Source of the DNA: Mugil cephalus
Taxonomy: Eukaryota
Reading direction: 5' to 3'
DNA length: 64,000 nucleotides
Assembly: GCF_022458985.1 (NCBI RefSeq)
Contig: NC_061776.1
Location: 8,386,591-8,450,590, forward strand
In this document: positions 25,486-37,564 of the stretch, one piece after another
Layout of the letters: every line of letters starts with the position of its first letter
How positions within the stretch are numbered: position 1 is the first letter of the stretch
The notes under the pieces: model-generated
Database searches by the model: none
What the model saw: the letters and a program-made list of their open reading frames with translations, nothing else
What the model was told of the DNA's origin: nothing
Made by a program: the position numbers and the translations under genes

Positions 25486-25622
25486 GTAAGAGTTCTCAAC
25501 AAAACTAGGATCTATGTTCATGTTCATTCATTCCTGTCAAAGTTAATACGAGACAGAAAATAAATTATACAAACCAACACGTCGGTCGGTTATGTGTTGG
25601 TGTTCTTTCGTTTGTGCATCAG

Positions 25623-25694
25623 GAGAAAGGAGGTGTTTTCAGCGCCATGTTTAAGAAATCTCCAAAACCGTCTGAAGGGCCCCGACTGGAGGAG
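25623..25694 (+). CDS. Gene B basic module EKGGVFSAMFKKSPKPSEGPRLEE
   Basis: Acceptor gcatcag|gag and donor gag|gtaacg. 72 nt. Confidence 0.7.
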
Positions 25695-26544
25695 GTAACG
25701 CATCTGATTTGATCTTTACTTCTCGAACCATCAGCACATAAAAGCAAGTACAAGCTGCATCAGTTTCCAACAACGATATAAAACAATTCTGTAAAGACAA
25801 AATAAAAAGATTTAGCTCCAAACACTTATTTAATGGATAAAACCTATATTTGATTCTGAAATGTGTGACGTTACTGCACATTTTTATTTCCATATTCTAA
25901 CCCCACAAACTGAAATGCACATCTTTTCCAATGTAGGATGTAGTTTTTAAGTTTTCCTCAGCATATTACTGACATATTAGATTGTCACTTGTGAAGCTTT
26001 TTAATGTTTTGTGTGTAACCAAAGGAAGCAGAGACGGACGTTATGGTTCGAGTGTGTTTAGTGACTCTACTTTGAATGCTGTTTTGATTGGCTCTACTTT
26101 TATAGCTGAACTGCATCCAAATGCTTCTGAGTTTGGTTCCTGCCACGTGCCTCGTTAGTCTAGCTAGTCTGGACTAGACCAGTAACCTGGAGGTGAGGCG
26201 TTAAGAGTACATCAGTTAATAATAGATTATGAAAGTAACCCTCTCTACATGTGCGTTTTAAAACTTGGGCAACAGCAAACAACTCGAGTCGGACTTAGTG
26301 AGAGTGGTTTTGTTGAAAATAACCAGGTTATTTGCAGTCGCTGCATCACCAACTGTGTTTTAGGTTCTTCAAATGTGTCCACAGTGAGTTACAACACAAC
26401 ACAACAACAACAACAACAGTTAGAGACAAACTGGTGAACTTACTGGAGCTTTTTAGAGCTGACATGTAGACATTGCACAATAGCTGCAGATAACCTCATT
26501 AAAGCAGCATTGTGAGTTTCCTTTTGCTCTTCCAGAGGTCAAAA

Positions 26545-26960
26545 CATTTCCATTAACCTTCCGAGACCCAGCGTCCTCATATGGGGACATTATGTTTCAG
26601 GTCTGTGGCAGCTTATTCTGCTTCGTGTTGACCTGTCGTCCTCATAAGGAGACATATTTGTCTGCCCCGTACTGGCAGCGAAGGGTCATTACACTTGTTT
26701 ATTTATGCTGATTCATTTTTCCAGGTTGATATGACATGAAATTTTAACAGAGTCACATGTACTCGTTTGAGGACGTTGGGATTTCATTATTTCCAGTTTT
26801 ATATTTTGGTGCGCACCGTCGACATGTAACATACAATGAAATAATCCCCGTGTCCACATATTTTTTTTTTCAAAACCTGTTTCCAGTTCAAAGATGATGC
26901 TTATTTTTTATACTTCTCAGATCCTACTGATCCCAAATACCTAAAAATCTTAATCTTATT
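26545..26960 (+). mobile_element. R1 MITE-like copy 2 (in a gene B intron)
   Basis: Shares ttaaccttccgagacccagcgtcctcatatggggac .. actcgtttgaggacgttgggat .. aataatccccgtgtccacatat .. cccaaatacc with the other copies. Confidence 0.6.
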
Positions 26961-27502
26961 TTAAGGAAAGTAAGATGCATTCGGGATGAAGGAGGTTAAA
27001 GCTTTAAACAGACGAATTTTCCAGTTTCATCATTCATGTCCGGTTATTTTGTGTTGTTACAGTTGATATGTTATCTTGGCAAACAAGGTGAAGTTTTAGT
27101 TGAGATAAAAATCTGTTTTGAAGGAGACAGAAGACACAGGAAACAAGTTTGTCTGATTATTTGTGAACGTAGCGCCACCTATTCTGAGTTCACGACTCCA
27201 CAGTTCGTTAAGAGCTTTCTTTATCTTCTAACTTTCTACATTATATGAATGAATGAATTTTCTTGCCTTGATTTTTTTTATTTTTTTTTATTATCATCAT
27301 CATCATCTGTCACCGAACAGGTTCTTTATATAATGCTTGAAAAAATATGCCAGGTGTCACATGTGGTAAATGTTACGAAACATTCCTCTACCTCCTCCCT
27401 CTCTCCTCCCACTTTCTGTGTCAGGTTACATCCGACATGTTAGTGCGCTCGCCCGTCATGTTCCCACAGGTCGGGTAACATTTTTTTTTATGTTGTGTTT
27501 AG

Positions 27503-27562
27503 GGCGCGGAGCGGTTGCACGGAGAGTTCTCTGCCAGCAACGACAGCCTGTCAGAGAACAAG
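27503..27562 (+). CDS. Gene B acidic module GAERLHGEFSASNDSLSENK
   Basis: Acceptor gtgtttag|ggc and donor aag|gtaaca. 60 nt. Confidence 0.65.
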
Positions 27563-27698
27563 GTAACAGATCCTCCTCCCCACAGAAACTACACCGGTGA
27601 CTGTGACGTACAAAGATGTTAGAACATTGTGTCCGTTTGTGGGCGGACGATGAGGATCAGTTTAAAAATGAAAGACTTGTCTTCTCTTCTCTCTGTAG

Positions 27699-27755
27699 GA
27701 GAAAGCCGGTTTGTTCAGTGGACTCCTCAGAAAGACCCCGAAAACAAGCGGAGAG
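27699..27755 (+). CDS. Gene B basic module EKAGLFSGLLRKTPKTSGE
   Basis: Acceptor ctctgtag|gag and donor gag|gtacaa. 57 nt. Confidence 0.7.
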
Positions 27756-28580
27756 GTACAAAAAGTATAGTTTTCATATAAAAAAACATCAAAACCCTAG
27801 AAAAAAAAACCCTAAAACAACCAGTAATCTTTGCAGTTTTCTACTTCCAATGCGCAGATTTAATTGTGCGTTACATTTAGTTTAATTTCAGGGTCCTTGT
27901 AATGTGGATTCTGCCTCCACAGCCTGGATATATTTCACCTTTTAGTGCTGTGACAAGTCAGAAATCTCTGCTGTGTGGTCCAGGCCTCTCGTGGAGGCGG
28001 GGCTGTTAAAAGAACCAGGAAGAAGTCTTGTAGTTTGGGGCGGGACTCGAAAACAAACAAAAAGTTTCAGACACAAATGAGTCTGTGTGTAGCTAACGTG
28101 GAGCGATGACGTCATTCCCATGTCAGCGTGACAGAAAAAGCCTCCAATCAACAAGACACATGCAGCACGTTTGGTTTCCCCACCTTTTTTTTTTTCTTTA
28201 TCGATAATCAAAATTAAAACTAACTTTTTCTTTTTTTTTTGGTGAACCTGCTTTATTCATCACTGAGCTTTATCAGATCAAATTATCCATTTATCCTCAA
28301 AGTACATATGAATATAATGTTCATCAGATACAGTGACCCAGCACATCCACCCTCCCACCCATAGGGTCACAGGTCTTGAGCACATTAATGAGTAAAAGAA
28401 TAAATAGATAAATAAACAAATAAATCATGGGAGAGACAGAAAGAGGGGTCTGCAATGGGTGTGTGAGTTTTACCTGGTTCCATCTTATTCATTATCAACG
28501 GCTTCCTGCAAGGACTCGTTGAAATCAAAAAGGTGTCTTCTGTCTAAAGGTTGAACAGTGATATTCTTCTCTTGTTTCAG

Positions 28581-28649
28581 GAGAGTCTGTTGGCACAGGA
28601 AGAGATTTCAGGCAGCAGGGACAGTCTCACTGAGGCTGGCAGCACCAAG
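28581..28649 (+). CDS. Gene B acidic module ESLLAQEEISGSRDSLTEAGSTK
   Basis: Acceptor gtttcag|gag and donor aag|gtgggt. 69 nt. Confidence 0.7.
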
Positions 28650-29329
28650 GTGGGTTCATGCATCATTTTATTTTAATGAAATATCGATACAGAAATGCAT
28701 ATTAATACATAAAAAGTACTGTATGATCAAAGTTACAAAAGCATAAAAAAACATATGGAATATATTTGAAAACAACATACAGAGTTTGAGAGAAAACTTA
28801 AATTGCAGGTTTCCCTGAAATAGTTCAGCTCTAAGATAAAGACCAGTTCAAGCTGCCAGCTTTGTAAAGGACATCGTGTTCAGCCTTAGTTTATGTTTTT
28901 GCCACCAGTGTCGACCTTAAAGATCTTAAAAGACTCAGTTACTGAAAAGCTGGTGAACATACTGGAGCCTCTTACAGCTGAAGAGATAGATATTTAGACC
29001 CACGTTCATCTAAAACGAACTAAAACAAATAACAATAATGTTGCTCAGTAACTGCAGGATGTATTATTAACCAACTGAATTCACCATAGAAGCGCTGTCG
29101 GTTAGTTTTTGGTCACAGGTAGAACAGTGTGCGTGAAAATGTGCTATTAAATCATAGATTTAAGTAAAATCTTCAGTAAAGTTTCCAGTTTTATCTTGTT
29201 AAATGTTTATTTCAGATAAAAATCTGTTTTGAAAGAGACCATGGAGATGTTGAAGAGTCCAGTTTAGAAACAAATAACAACACAAAGAGGCTAAGAATTA
29301 ATTGAAAAAGGCAAGAACCGGAATTTCAG

Positions 29330-29640
29330 AATTGTTTTTTGGTGATTAGTAATTGCCTAAAATTCAATTAAAAGCCAAACTAAAATAAGTTAAAATTAGT
29401 TAAAAGCCAGACTAAAATGAATTAAAATGAGTAAAAAGACAAACTAAAAAGATAAAACTAATAAGATAAGTCAAAATTAGTTAATAACCAGACTAAAAAG
29501 ATAAAAATAATAAAAAAGAAATAAGTAAAATTCAGTTAAAAGTCAGACTAAAAAATATAAAACTCTAAAATAAATACATTTCAATAAATAACCAGACTAA
29601 ATTCAGTTAAAAGCACGATTAAAAAGGTAGGTCTGTAGTT
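29330..29640. repeat. AT-rich degenerate tandem repeat (agttaaaagccagactaaaa-like units, about 7 copies)
   Basis: Direct read. Confidence 0.7.
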
Positions 29641-29669
29641 TGTTCTTAAAGATGTGTGGTGTATTTCAG

Positions 29670-29741
29670 GAGAAAGGAGGAGCATTCAGTGGAATATTCA
29701 AGAAGTCGCCCAAACCTGCAGACAGTCCTCAAACAGACGAG
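29670..29741 (+). CDS. Gene B basic module EKGGAFSGIFKKSPKPADSPQTDE
   Basis: Acceptor tatttcag|gag and donor gag|gtttga. 72 nt. Confidence 0.7.
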
Positions 29742-29941
29742 GTTTGATTTCCTTTAGTTATTCATTGGATTTTTTTTTTACGACTGATTCTATTGATCTC
29801 AATATGAGCCCATGCTTATTGTTTCGTATTTGCACGGGATGCTGGGTTGAATAAAGTTCTCTGATTCTGATTCTAAATCTAAAAAGTTTTATAACGGACC
29901 TCATCTTCTTCTTCTTGTTCTTCTTCTCCTTCTTTTCTCAG

Positions 29942-30004
29942 GAGAAAAAGTCACATGGCCATGAGCTGTCGGGCAGCAGTGAATGTTTGGCCGAGAACCC
30001 CAAG
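29942..30004 (+). CDS. Gene B acidic module EKKSHGHELSGSSECLAENPK
   Basis: Acceptor ttttctcag|gag and donor aag|gtgagt. 63 nt. Confidence 0.7.
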
Positions 30005-30105
30005 GTGAGTCGTCTTCATGGGTCATCGTGAACTTTACTCAAGTATTTAATTCTTCCGCCCTCGTAGAGAAAACCTTCCTGTTCTCTCTGATCGTCTCTT
30101 TTCAG

Positions 30106-30183
30106 GAAAAAGGAGGAATGTTTAGTGGAATATTCAAGAAGCCTCATAAACCTGCAGAAGCTGCTCAGCCTGAGGAGGGAACG
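30106..30183 (+). CDS. Gene B basic module EKGGMFSGIFKKPHKPAEAAQPEEGT
   Basis: Acceptor cttttcag|gaa and donor acg|gtacgg. 78 nt. Confidence 0.7.
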
Positions 30184-31124
30184 GTACGGATCAGCTCTTT
30201 ACCGACGCGTCTTTGTTCTGCTCATTTTATCCACTTTTATTAGAAGTAGAGGTAGGATGTAGAAACATGACGCCCTGGAGTCTAGACGCTGTGTCTGTGC
30301 GGGTTTTCTCCCATCGTCCAAAGACATCAGGTTAATTGGTGATTCTGAGTTAGTCGTGAATGTGAGTGGCTGCCTGTTTCTCATTTGCTGCGTTTTTCAT
30401 TCCCCCTAGAAATGTGCAAAACCTAAATATCGCAATAAAAAACTGGTGATGGAAACATCAACATTTTGAAAAAAAAAACTCAAATATCTAAAACCAAAAC
30501 ATTTTTACCCTCTAAATTTATTGCACAGGTCATGTGACCAGTTCATTTGAAGTCACAGCTCATTGGCAAAACACCTTTCACTGGAAACACGTACAAAGAG
30601 CAATTGTAGTTTATCGAAATTTCAGAAAAATCGGTTTTTTTTGCGAAAAACTGTTCCAGGGTGTATCCCAAGTATTTAATGACTGCAGACACGGCAGGTA
30701 AATGCAAAACATGTAGAGAAAAAAATCACAATGCTGCACGAACATGGGAGAAAAGAAAAAAACATGGCGTGATGACACAGGTGAAACCAGTCAGGACAAT
30801 CAACAGAAAAACACAGCGAGTGACACTAGAAACATAGTAAATGACAAAGACACAGAATCATGACAGAGTGTGACTGGTTCCTAACAAGCAAGTAGAGCCA
30901 GCTCCATCCATACACTGCGTTACCAAGGCAACCGGAGTCTGGAGAGTCCCCTAGCAACCAGCTGAGGGACCATGAGATTTTAGAAACTATGAGTAATAGC
31001 AGTTAGTAGTTTTCTTGATGGGAGGATTATTGGTTCTAGTTGTTCTAGATAAAGAAACTGTGTCTCCATAGAACAGTAACACAACATGACAACATGACAT
31101 AACTTTTATTTTATTTTATTCCAG

Positions 31125-31184
31125 GATGTTTCACCAGAGACTGAGCTCTCAGTCAGCAGTGAGAACTTATCTGAGAACAAACAG
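31125..31184 (+). CDS. Gene B acidic module DVSPETELSVSSENLSENKQ
   Basis: Acceptor ttccag|gat and donor cag|gtccgt. 60 nt. Confidence 0.65.
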
Positions 31185-31189
31185 GTCCG

Positions 31190-31900
31190 TGACCTTCCTC
31201 CTCCTCCTCCTCCTCCTCCTCCTCCTCCTCCTCCCCTTTCTCTTCCTCTTTCTCTTCCTCCTCCTTCACCTTCTTCTTTTGTTCCTCCTCCTCCTCCTCC
31301 TCCTCCTCCTCCTTCACCTTATTCTTTTGTTCCTCCTCCTCCTCCTCCCCTTCTTCTTCCTTCTTTCAACTTTTCATCGTCCTCTTTTTCCCCTATTGTC
31401 CTCCTTCCCCATCTCCTCATCCGCTTTTCTCTCTTCCTCCTCCAGCTTCTTCTCCTCCTTTGTCTACTCTTCCTTGTTCTTTCCCTCTTCCTCTCCTTCT
31501 TCTTCTTCCTCCTTTCTCATTTTAATTCTCTTCTTCCGTTTCATCTTCCTCATTCCACTCCTCCTTCCCCATCTTCTTCTCCTCCTCCTTCTCCTCCTCC
31601 TTTTCTCATCTTCATCTTCATTCTTCCTCCCGTTCATCTTCCTCCTCCTCCTTCTCATCTCCCTCATCCCCTTTCCCTCTTCCTCCTCCTTCGTCTACTC
31701 CTCCTCCCCTTTCTCCTCCTCCTTTTCATCTTCCTCTTTCTCCTAATATCTTTCTTCTTCTCCTCCTTCGTCTGCTCTTCTTTGTTCCTCCTCCCCTTCC
31801 TGTTCCTCCTTCTACAGTTCTCCTTCTTCCTTATTTCTCCTTTCCATCTTCCTCCTTCTCCTCTTATTCTTCCTTTTCTTCCTCAGCCCAGACGGGACCG
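31190..31900. repeat. About 700-bp pyrimidine (CT/CCT/CTT)n low-complexity tract in the gene B intron
   Basis: Continuous tcctcctcct / cttcttcc runs. Produces spurious ORFs on both strands. Confidence 0.95.
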
Positions 31901-31941
31901 TCTCCTGCTCTAAATGCTTTTCTCTGTTTGTCTTTAATCAG

Positions 31942-32013
31942 GAGAAAGGAGGAGGCTTGTTCGGTGGACTCCTCAAAAAGACTCCTAAAGCAGAGAAGAC
32001 TGCTGAATCGCTG
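31942..32013 (+). CDS. Gene B basic module EKGGGLFGGLLKKTPKAEKTAESL
   Basis: Acceptor taatcag|gag and donor ctg|gtaaat. 72 nt. Confidence 0.7.
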
Positions 32014-32095
32014 GTAAATTTTTTTGTTAGAAGAAGAAGTTTCCCAACCTCCACCAGCGACTTCGCGCTAACATTTGAGCCACTTTCTGTTTCAG

Positions 32096-32155
32096 GACCC
32101 GGAGGCTCAGCGGGAGCTGTCAGTCAGCAGTGATGACCTGTCAGAGAACAACAAG
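32096..32155 (+). CDS. Gene B acidic module DPEAQRELSVSSDDLSENNK
   Basis: Acceptor gtttcag|gac and donor aag|gtgact. 60 nt. Confidence 0.7.
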
Positions 32156-32236
32156 GTGACTACGAAGGGATAAAACCCGCAGACGTCTTTGGAGGGAACG
32201 TTTACTGACGTCTCTTTGTTTATTTATGACTTTCAG

Positions 32237-32290
32237 GAGAAAAACATTTTCAGCAACATGTTTAAGAAGCCACAGAAAACGGCAGAGAAG
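32237..32290 (+). CDS. Gene B basic module EKNIFSNMFKKPQKTAEK
   Basis: Acceptor ctttcag|gag and donor aag|gtgtgt. 54 nt. Confidence 0.7.
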
Positions 32291-32299
32291 GTGTGTGTG

Positions 32300-32314
32300 T
32301 GTCTGAACTAGACT

Positions 32315-32352
<38 letters not shown>
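32300..32352. repeat. (AAT)n microsatellite in the intron just 3' of the exon at 32237
   Basis: Direct read. Confidence 0.9.
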
Positions 32353-32354
<2 letters not shown>

Positions 32355-32400
32355 CACACTGCTACAGAGGAAATGTTCACTGTTCCCTTGTTGAATCCAG

Positions 32401-32466
32401 GACACGGAGGTGAGCTCTGAATTATCTGGCAGCTCTGAGAACCTGACAGACGCGACCGTCCCCAAG
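32401..32466 (+). CDS. Gene B acidic module DTEVSSELSGSSENLTDATVPK
   Basis: Acceptor aatccag|gac and donor aag|gtattt. 66 nt. Confidence 0.65.
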
Positions 32467-33146
32467 GTATTTCACTTTAAAAACAAAACAAAAAAAACTC
32501 TTCTCCATTTTCTGGGTTGTGTCGCAACTGTCGCGGCTGTTGTGTCGTGTGAACTGAAACTTGACCACATAGATCAGAGCTGAGATAACTTTGGGCTCTC
32601 AGGTCCTCGTCATTATCAGAACATAGAAACAAACTCTAAAACACAGCGACTTCCAGTACACAAACAAACACAGACATCAGCATAACACACCAACAAAATC
32701 AACAAGATCAGAAAAGGAAAAGGAAAAACTGGTAATATGTACAAGACTGTGTTAACATGTATTAATATGTAATATGTTAATATGTTTTAAGTTGACCGGA
32801 CAACTTTACAAGTTACTATTTTTACAATATTGGCTCCGTAGAAACATGCATGTAAATATTTCTGTTTGTGGGTCCATATGTGTTTGTATGTGGTTATTGT
32901 ATATGCATGTTTTTATATTACATGCATATAACGTATATATGTGTATTGTGTAATTATCAGGTTTTGTTAGTTTGATTTCATTCTTTAAAAGAAACAGAAA
33001 ACAAGGGTTTGGCATTCACCCTTTTTTGTCAGCTGTTCTTTATTTATTCAGTTTTTTGTACATGTTTTCGCGGTTGTGTGAAGATTTCTTTCATCATTTC
33101 ATTTATTCATTCAAAGTGGTGTTGATGATGTGTTTGTGTGTTTTAG

Positions 33147-33212
33147 GAGAAAAAAGGAGGCTTTGCTGGAATATTTAAAAGATCGGCCAGTATCGACAAC
33201 CTGTTCGATGAG
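33147..33212 (+). CDS. Gene B basic module EKKGGFAGIFKRSASIDNLFDE
   Basis: Acceptor gttttag|gag and donor gag|gtcagt. 66 nt. Confidence 0.65.
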
Positions 33213-34412
33213 GTCAGTCTTTTCTATCTTGTCTGTGGACTTTTAACCTTTTTTTTGTGTAAGATTTGTCATTTGTCGTTGTGTATTGTATGTATGTTTT
33301 TTTTTAAGATACCTGCGTTAGGACAGTGGATGAAATTTAGCAGCTGTGCTAACTCATATATATTTATATAGATGCTTTTTGCTAATAGTTGTGGGGTAGT
33401 TGTGGCTGCGTTAGCGCTGCCTCACAAGCTCGTGGTCACAACATGTTTAGTGTGAAGTCTTGAGAACTGTTGTGTGGCTAACGGCTGAGTAACTAAATGT
33501 AGGAAATACCTTAATTAAGGCAGAATAAGAAGGATGAAGACATAGGAAATATCAGCATTTTCCTCTGACATGTTATAAAATCAGAAAGATTAATTTTTTA
33601 ATTTCTGTAGTAAAAGTAGTTAGTAGTAGTGTTTACATCCTCCATTGGAAAGCTTTATAATTAGGGCATAGTTATTTGTATATACTTTGAATTGTTCTAT
33701 TTTTTTGTTCCTTAAAAGTGTCTTGTACTTGCACATCATGTTTATTGGTGGAAAAAATATCGATATGAATATATACTCTTCCGATATCTTCCAATTTTGA
33801 ACGTCATGTTTTGGGCCGTGAACGACTGGATTAATATTGTTTTTTGACTCAATTTGTCCAATGAATTATCACTGATGTCATCTGACTTGTAATTTAAGCT
33901 GCATTTAAAATTTATCAGTGAACTATGTAGAATATTGCAATATCAAAATATCGCAATATCAAAATATCGCAATAATGTATCGTATTGGGACTCAAGTATC
34001 GTGATACTTGCCAATGCCCCTCTACACGTCACAACTCGTGAGCTCTGAGCTTCTAGATAAATTTCACCACTCAGTTTGAAGGCAGCGTAAATCTGAGTTT
34101 TCTTTTTGCAGTGTCTGTGTTTTCCTGTTGCACTTCTAGATTTTCAGTTCCTGGTCATTTAACTTGTGCTTTTCAAAGGACTTCTGCTTTATAGCACGAC
34201 ACGCTGAGATCACTCTACGTGTTTCATGACTTGATTTTTTACAAGAAACCCTAATTTATAATATTTAAAAATGCTGAGTTCAGCCTTTAAGGTTGCAGCT
34301 GATCATGCACCTAAATGCACCAACAGTGACTGCAACACAGCCATTAAAAGACTGAATCATTTCTTGATAATAAAACTAATACGTGATGTAATTTCCTGGT
34401 TGTATTTGTCAG

Positions 34413-34484
34413 GAGAAAGGTGGACTGTTCAGTGGACTCATCAAGAAAACTCCCAAAACATCTGGAGATGAGGAAGGTGCAGAG
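34413..34484 (+). CDS. Gene B basic module EKGGLFSGLIKKTPKTSGDEEGAE
   Basis: Acceptor tttgtcag|gag and donor gag|gtcagt. 72 nt. Confidence 0.7.
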
Positions 34485-35290
34485 GTCAGTGTGTGACGAC
34501 TTTAACCTGACACATCAACACGTTCACACAAATCTGACTACGCACAAATGCTTTTTCCTATAAGGACACACACTTCTCCCTCCTTCTACCTTTTATTTTA
34601 TCTCCTCAATGTTCAGATTTTAGTAACTTCACCTCCAGTTTTAACGCCTCAGTTACACAACGAAGCTGAGTATAAATGCTAACAGCGGCGTGTAGATACC
34701 GTTAGGTTGTGTTTACACAACAGATAAAAAAAAAGCAGCAGCCCACAGTTGATTTTTAAAGGAAGCTGGTGATACCAGGTTGTGAAATGATGCCCGTTAC
34801 TTGTTGCTATGTGACAGGAGCTACGTATCAAAACAGAGCTTAAAGCTTAAAGAGGATGTGAAACAAACAGAACAAACGGCATCATATATATATGTATGTG
34901 TTCATATTTTAAACATAATGACAAAATAAAATAAGCTTTTTAAAAAATCGACTTTCTAAATGCAGTTATGATACGTTTTGGGACGTTCTCTCCTCCATCT
35001 TTATTTTATGTCACTCTCATTAGTTGCTTTGGCTGCTACTAAAATATCTGAATTAGGTAGAAAGGGAGATTTTTCTATGAACTAACCCAGTGGCCGACGC
35101 GTTTGAGCCATCGATAAGAAGGAGGAGGGTTGACAGAGACATTTTTGTGGAGGATGAAGGAGACAACAGTGATTAGAGGGACAATACTTCATGTTACATC
35201 ATGTACAAAATGTTACTGTTACTGTACCAAGATTGTTATGACAGAAAAATTATGTTTTTAAGTCATGAGGACGAGTGGGTTCATAGTGAT

Positions 35291-35300
35291 CTCTGCTTTG

Positions 35301-35336
<36 letters not shown>
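35291..35336. repeat. (TG)n microsatellite
   Basis: Direct read. Confidence 0.9.
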
Positions 35337-35930
35337 ATTTTAGGGTTTTTCAACTATATATTTTATCCTGTTACTTGAAAGTCAGAGAGAATCAGTCTGA
35401 ATGTGAAAAAAGCCAAAGTGCAGCAGCAGTTTCAATGGATTTTTAATGGGAGTGATTGTTTGAATCAGGCACTACAAAAAAAATAAAAACGCATCAAAAT
35501 CAGTGTTGCTACTGATTATCGACATGACCAAGGCTCAAATAATCACTCAAGAAAAATCCACTTTGCATTTAGATTATTGAAAATATTAAAAAAAAAAAAA
35601 TCGAAAAATGTACTTTTGGTGTTTGTAATTACTATTGAAGTGGATTAAAAGATTTATGTTGAAAGCAATATTATTATGCTATTATTTAGGATGTTTTTGA
35701 AGTGGACACTTTTGCCCCTTTGTGGTAACAATGTAACAGTTTAGGTTACACAGTATAAAAACGGAGCCTTATGGGGTTTGAGTTTGAAATATAAAAATTT
35801 GCTATAAAAAAAAATACACACTTATCCTTCAACGCTCCAGTGACGTGTGAACCTCTCATATGTGTTAAGTAGTGTGAAGTGTTTTTACCCCCAAATAACG
35901 TCTTTGTGTTTTATTTATTAATTATTTTAG

Positions 35931-35996
35931 GACAAAGACTCCCAGAAGGAGCTGTCAGCGAGCAGTGACAGTTTATTTGAAAACAATAACACCAAG
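35931..35996 (+). CDS. Gene B acidic module DKDSQKELSASSDSLFENNNTK
   Basis: Acceptor attttag|gac and donor aag|gtaccg. 66 nt. Confidence 0.7.
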
Positions 35997-36128
35997 GTAC
36001 CGAGTCATAAAAGGCTGATTTTATGTTATATTATGCAGCAGCAGATTTCTGAGTAAAAGTCTGATTAATGTGCTTAGTAAATAATGAACCATTTCTCTGA
36101 ATCGAACTCTTCCAACGTCTGATTTCAG

Positions 36129-36182
36129 GAGAAAAATATTTTCAGCGGGATGTTTAAGAAAACTCAGAAGCCAGCGGAAGAG
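36129..36182 (+). CDS. Gene B basic module EKNIFSGMFKKTQKPAEE
   Basis: Acceptor gatttcag|gag and donor gag|gtgcag. 54 nt. Confidence 0.7.
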
Positions 36183-36263
36183 GTGCAGTCACTTTCCAAA
36201 TAAAATACACGATTCAATTTAAATTACATGTGTCATTTTCATTCATTTATTGTTTGTGTTCAG

Positions 36264-36335
36264 GAATCAAACATAGAGGAGGACAATAAGTTATCGACCA
36301 GCTGTGAGAATCTGTTGGAAGCGTCTACAACAAAG
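36264..36335 (+). CDS. Gene B acidic module ESNIEEDNKLSTSCENLLEASTTK
   Basis: Acceptor gtgttcag|gaa and donor aag|gtgcag. 72 nt. Confidence 0.65.
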
Positions 36336-36425
36336 GTGCAGATGTTGTTCAGTGATCACAGTCTCTTTGTCTGTTTTTCTCTCTTTTCTCTGTCGCTGAT
36401 TATTCGTCGTATATTTGTGTTTCAG

Positions 36426-36497
36426 GAAAAGTCAGGTGGACTTGCAGGGATCTTTAAAAAGTCTCCAAAACCAGCTCCTCGCTCCATCGCTGTTCAG
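36426..36497 (+). CDS. Gene B basic module EKSGGLAGIFKKSPKPAPRSIAVQ
   Basis: Acceptor gtgtttcag|gaa and donor cag|gtgaga. 72 nt. Confidence 0.7.
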
Positions 36498-36912
36498 GTG
36501 AGAAGATTCCACCTTATTTTTTCCGCCTTAGTTTCTTCCTGATATTTTAAATGACGGTGCAGGTCTCTCAGCTGCTTTTTGTTCTTTATTGTATTTGTTA
36601 AACCATAATTTCAACATTTTAATATATTTTTTTAATTCAGATGCTAAATCTCACACAACAGTTCTTCCATTTCTGGCTAAAATGACTATTCCTCTGCGCT
36701 GACCTGCTCACATATGACAGGTTTCTTTCCTGCTGACGAATCTGACAAATTCTGACTCAGGAGACTTTAGAAACCTTTGATTTGTTTACTTGTCGTACGC
36801 AGGTCGAAGTTCACTGCTTCACCTTCGATTTAAAAAGTTTGAATTAAATGCAGATAAAAATAAAAACAACTGGACCAAGTTCAGACTGTAAAACTCTATT
36901 TATTTTTTCCAG

Positions 36913-36975
36913 GACCCCCTCAGTGACTCTCAGCAGCTCTCAGGCAGCTGGGACAACCTCACAGAGACCGAGAAG
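36913..36975 (+). CDS. Gene B acidic module DPLSDSQQLSGSWDNLTETEK
   Basis: Acceptor tttttccag|gac and donor aag|gtaaga. 63 nt. Confidence 0.7.
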
Positions 36976-37346
36976 GTAAGAGACGCTAAACACATTTATA
37001 CTTAAAAACATAAAAAGACATAAAAAACAACAACAACAACAAAAAATAACTTTAGCTGGAACAGAGAAATGCTCTGAAAATGTCTGACCATGTTCAGACC
37101 TGGTATTAAGTGACTCCCTCTGGTAACCAAAGCCTTTTAAAGTATTCATGAATTTGTTGCTGTTAATTAAGTAATTAGCGATAATTAACAATAAATAATA
37201 ACCTAAGCTTATGTGTATCATACCCCGACGGTTGTTGTTGTGTATATGTATGTGTATATATGTCGTATACAGGTTTAAGCAAGATGCCTGGTTTTCTAAA
37301 TTCATATTAAACATATAAAGTAGTGAGTGATCGTATTTTCTTTAAG

Positions 37347-37418
37347 GACGAACTTCTGGCTGCTGGTGAATTGTCGGGCAGTAATGTTAATCTTCTAGAA
37401 GCTAACGGCCCCACAAAG
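37347..37418 (+). CDS. Gene B acidic module DELLAAGELSGSNVNLLEANGPTK
   Basis: Acceptor ctttaag|gac and donor aag|gtgagt. 72 nt. Confidence 0.65.
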
Positions 37419-37510
37419 GTGAGTGTATGAAACTCTTTCACTGTAACATCTTTGTGTCTTAAAACACAGTAAATACTTATTTTCTTTTTTCTTTTCTTTT
37501 TTTCCAACAG

Positions 37511-37564
37511 GAGAAAAAAGTCGGCTTTGCGGGAATGTTCAGACGGACGCCCAAACCTGTGGAG
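37511..37564 (+). CDS. Gene B basic module EKKVGFAGMFRRTPKPVE
   Basis: Acceptor ttccaacag|gag and donor gag|gtacga. 54 nt. Confidence 0.7.

Noticed and set aside
31126-31746. 206-aa '+' ORF and 67-aa '-' ORF across the CT-rich tract
   Set aside because: Translation of the (CCT/CTT)n microsatellite gives poly-Leu/Ser/Phe or poly-Arg/Glu. Low complexity and stop-free by composition.
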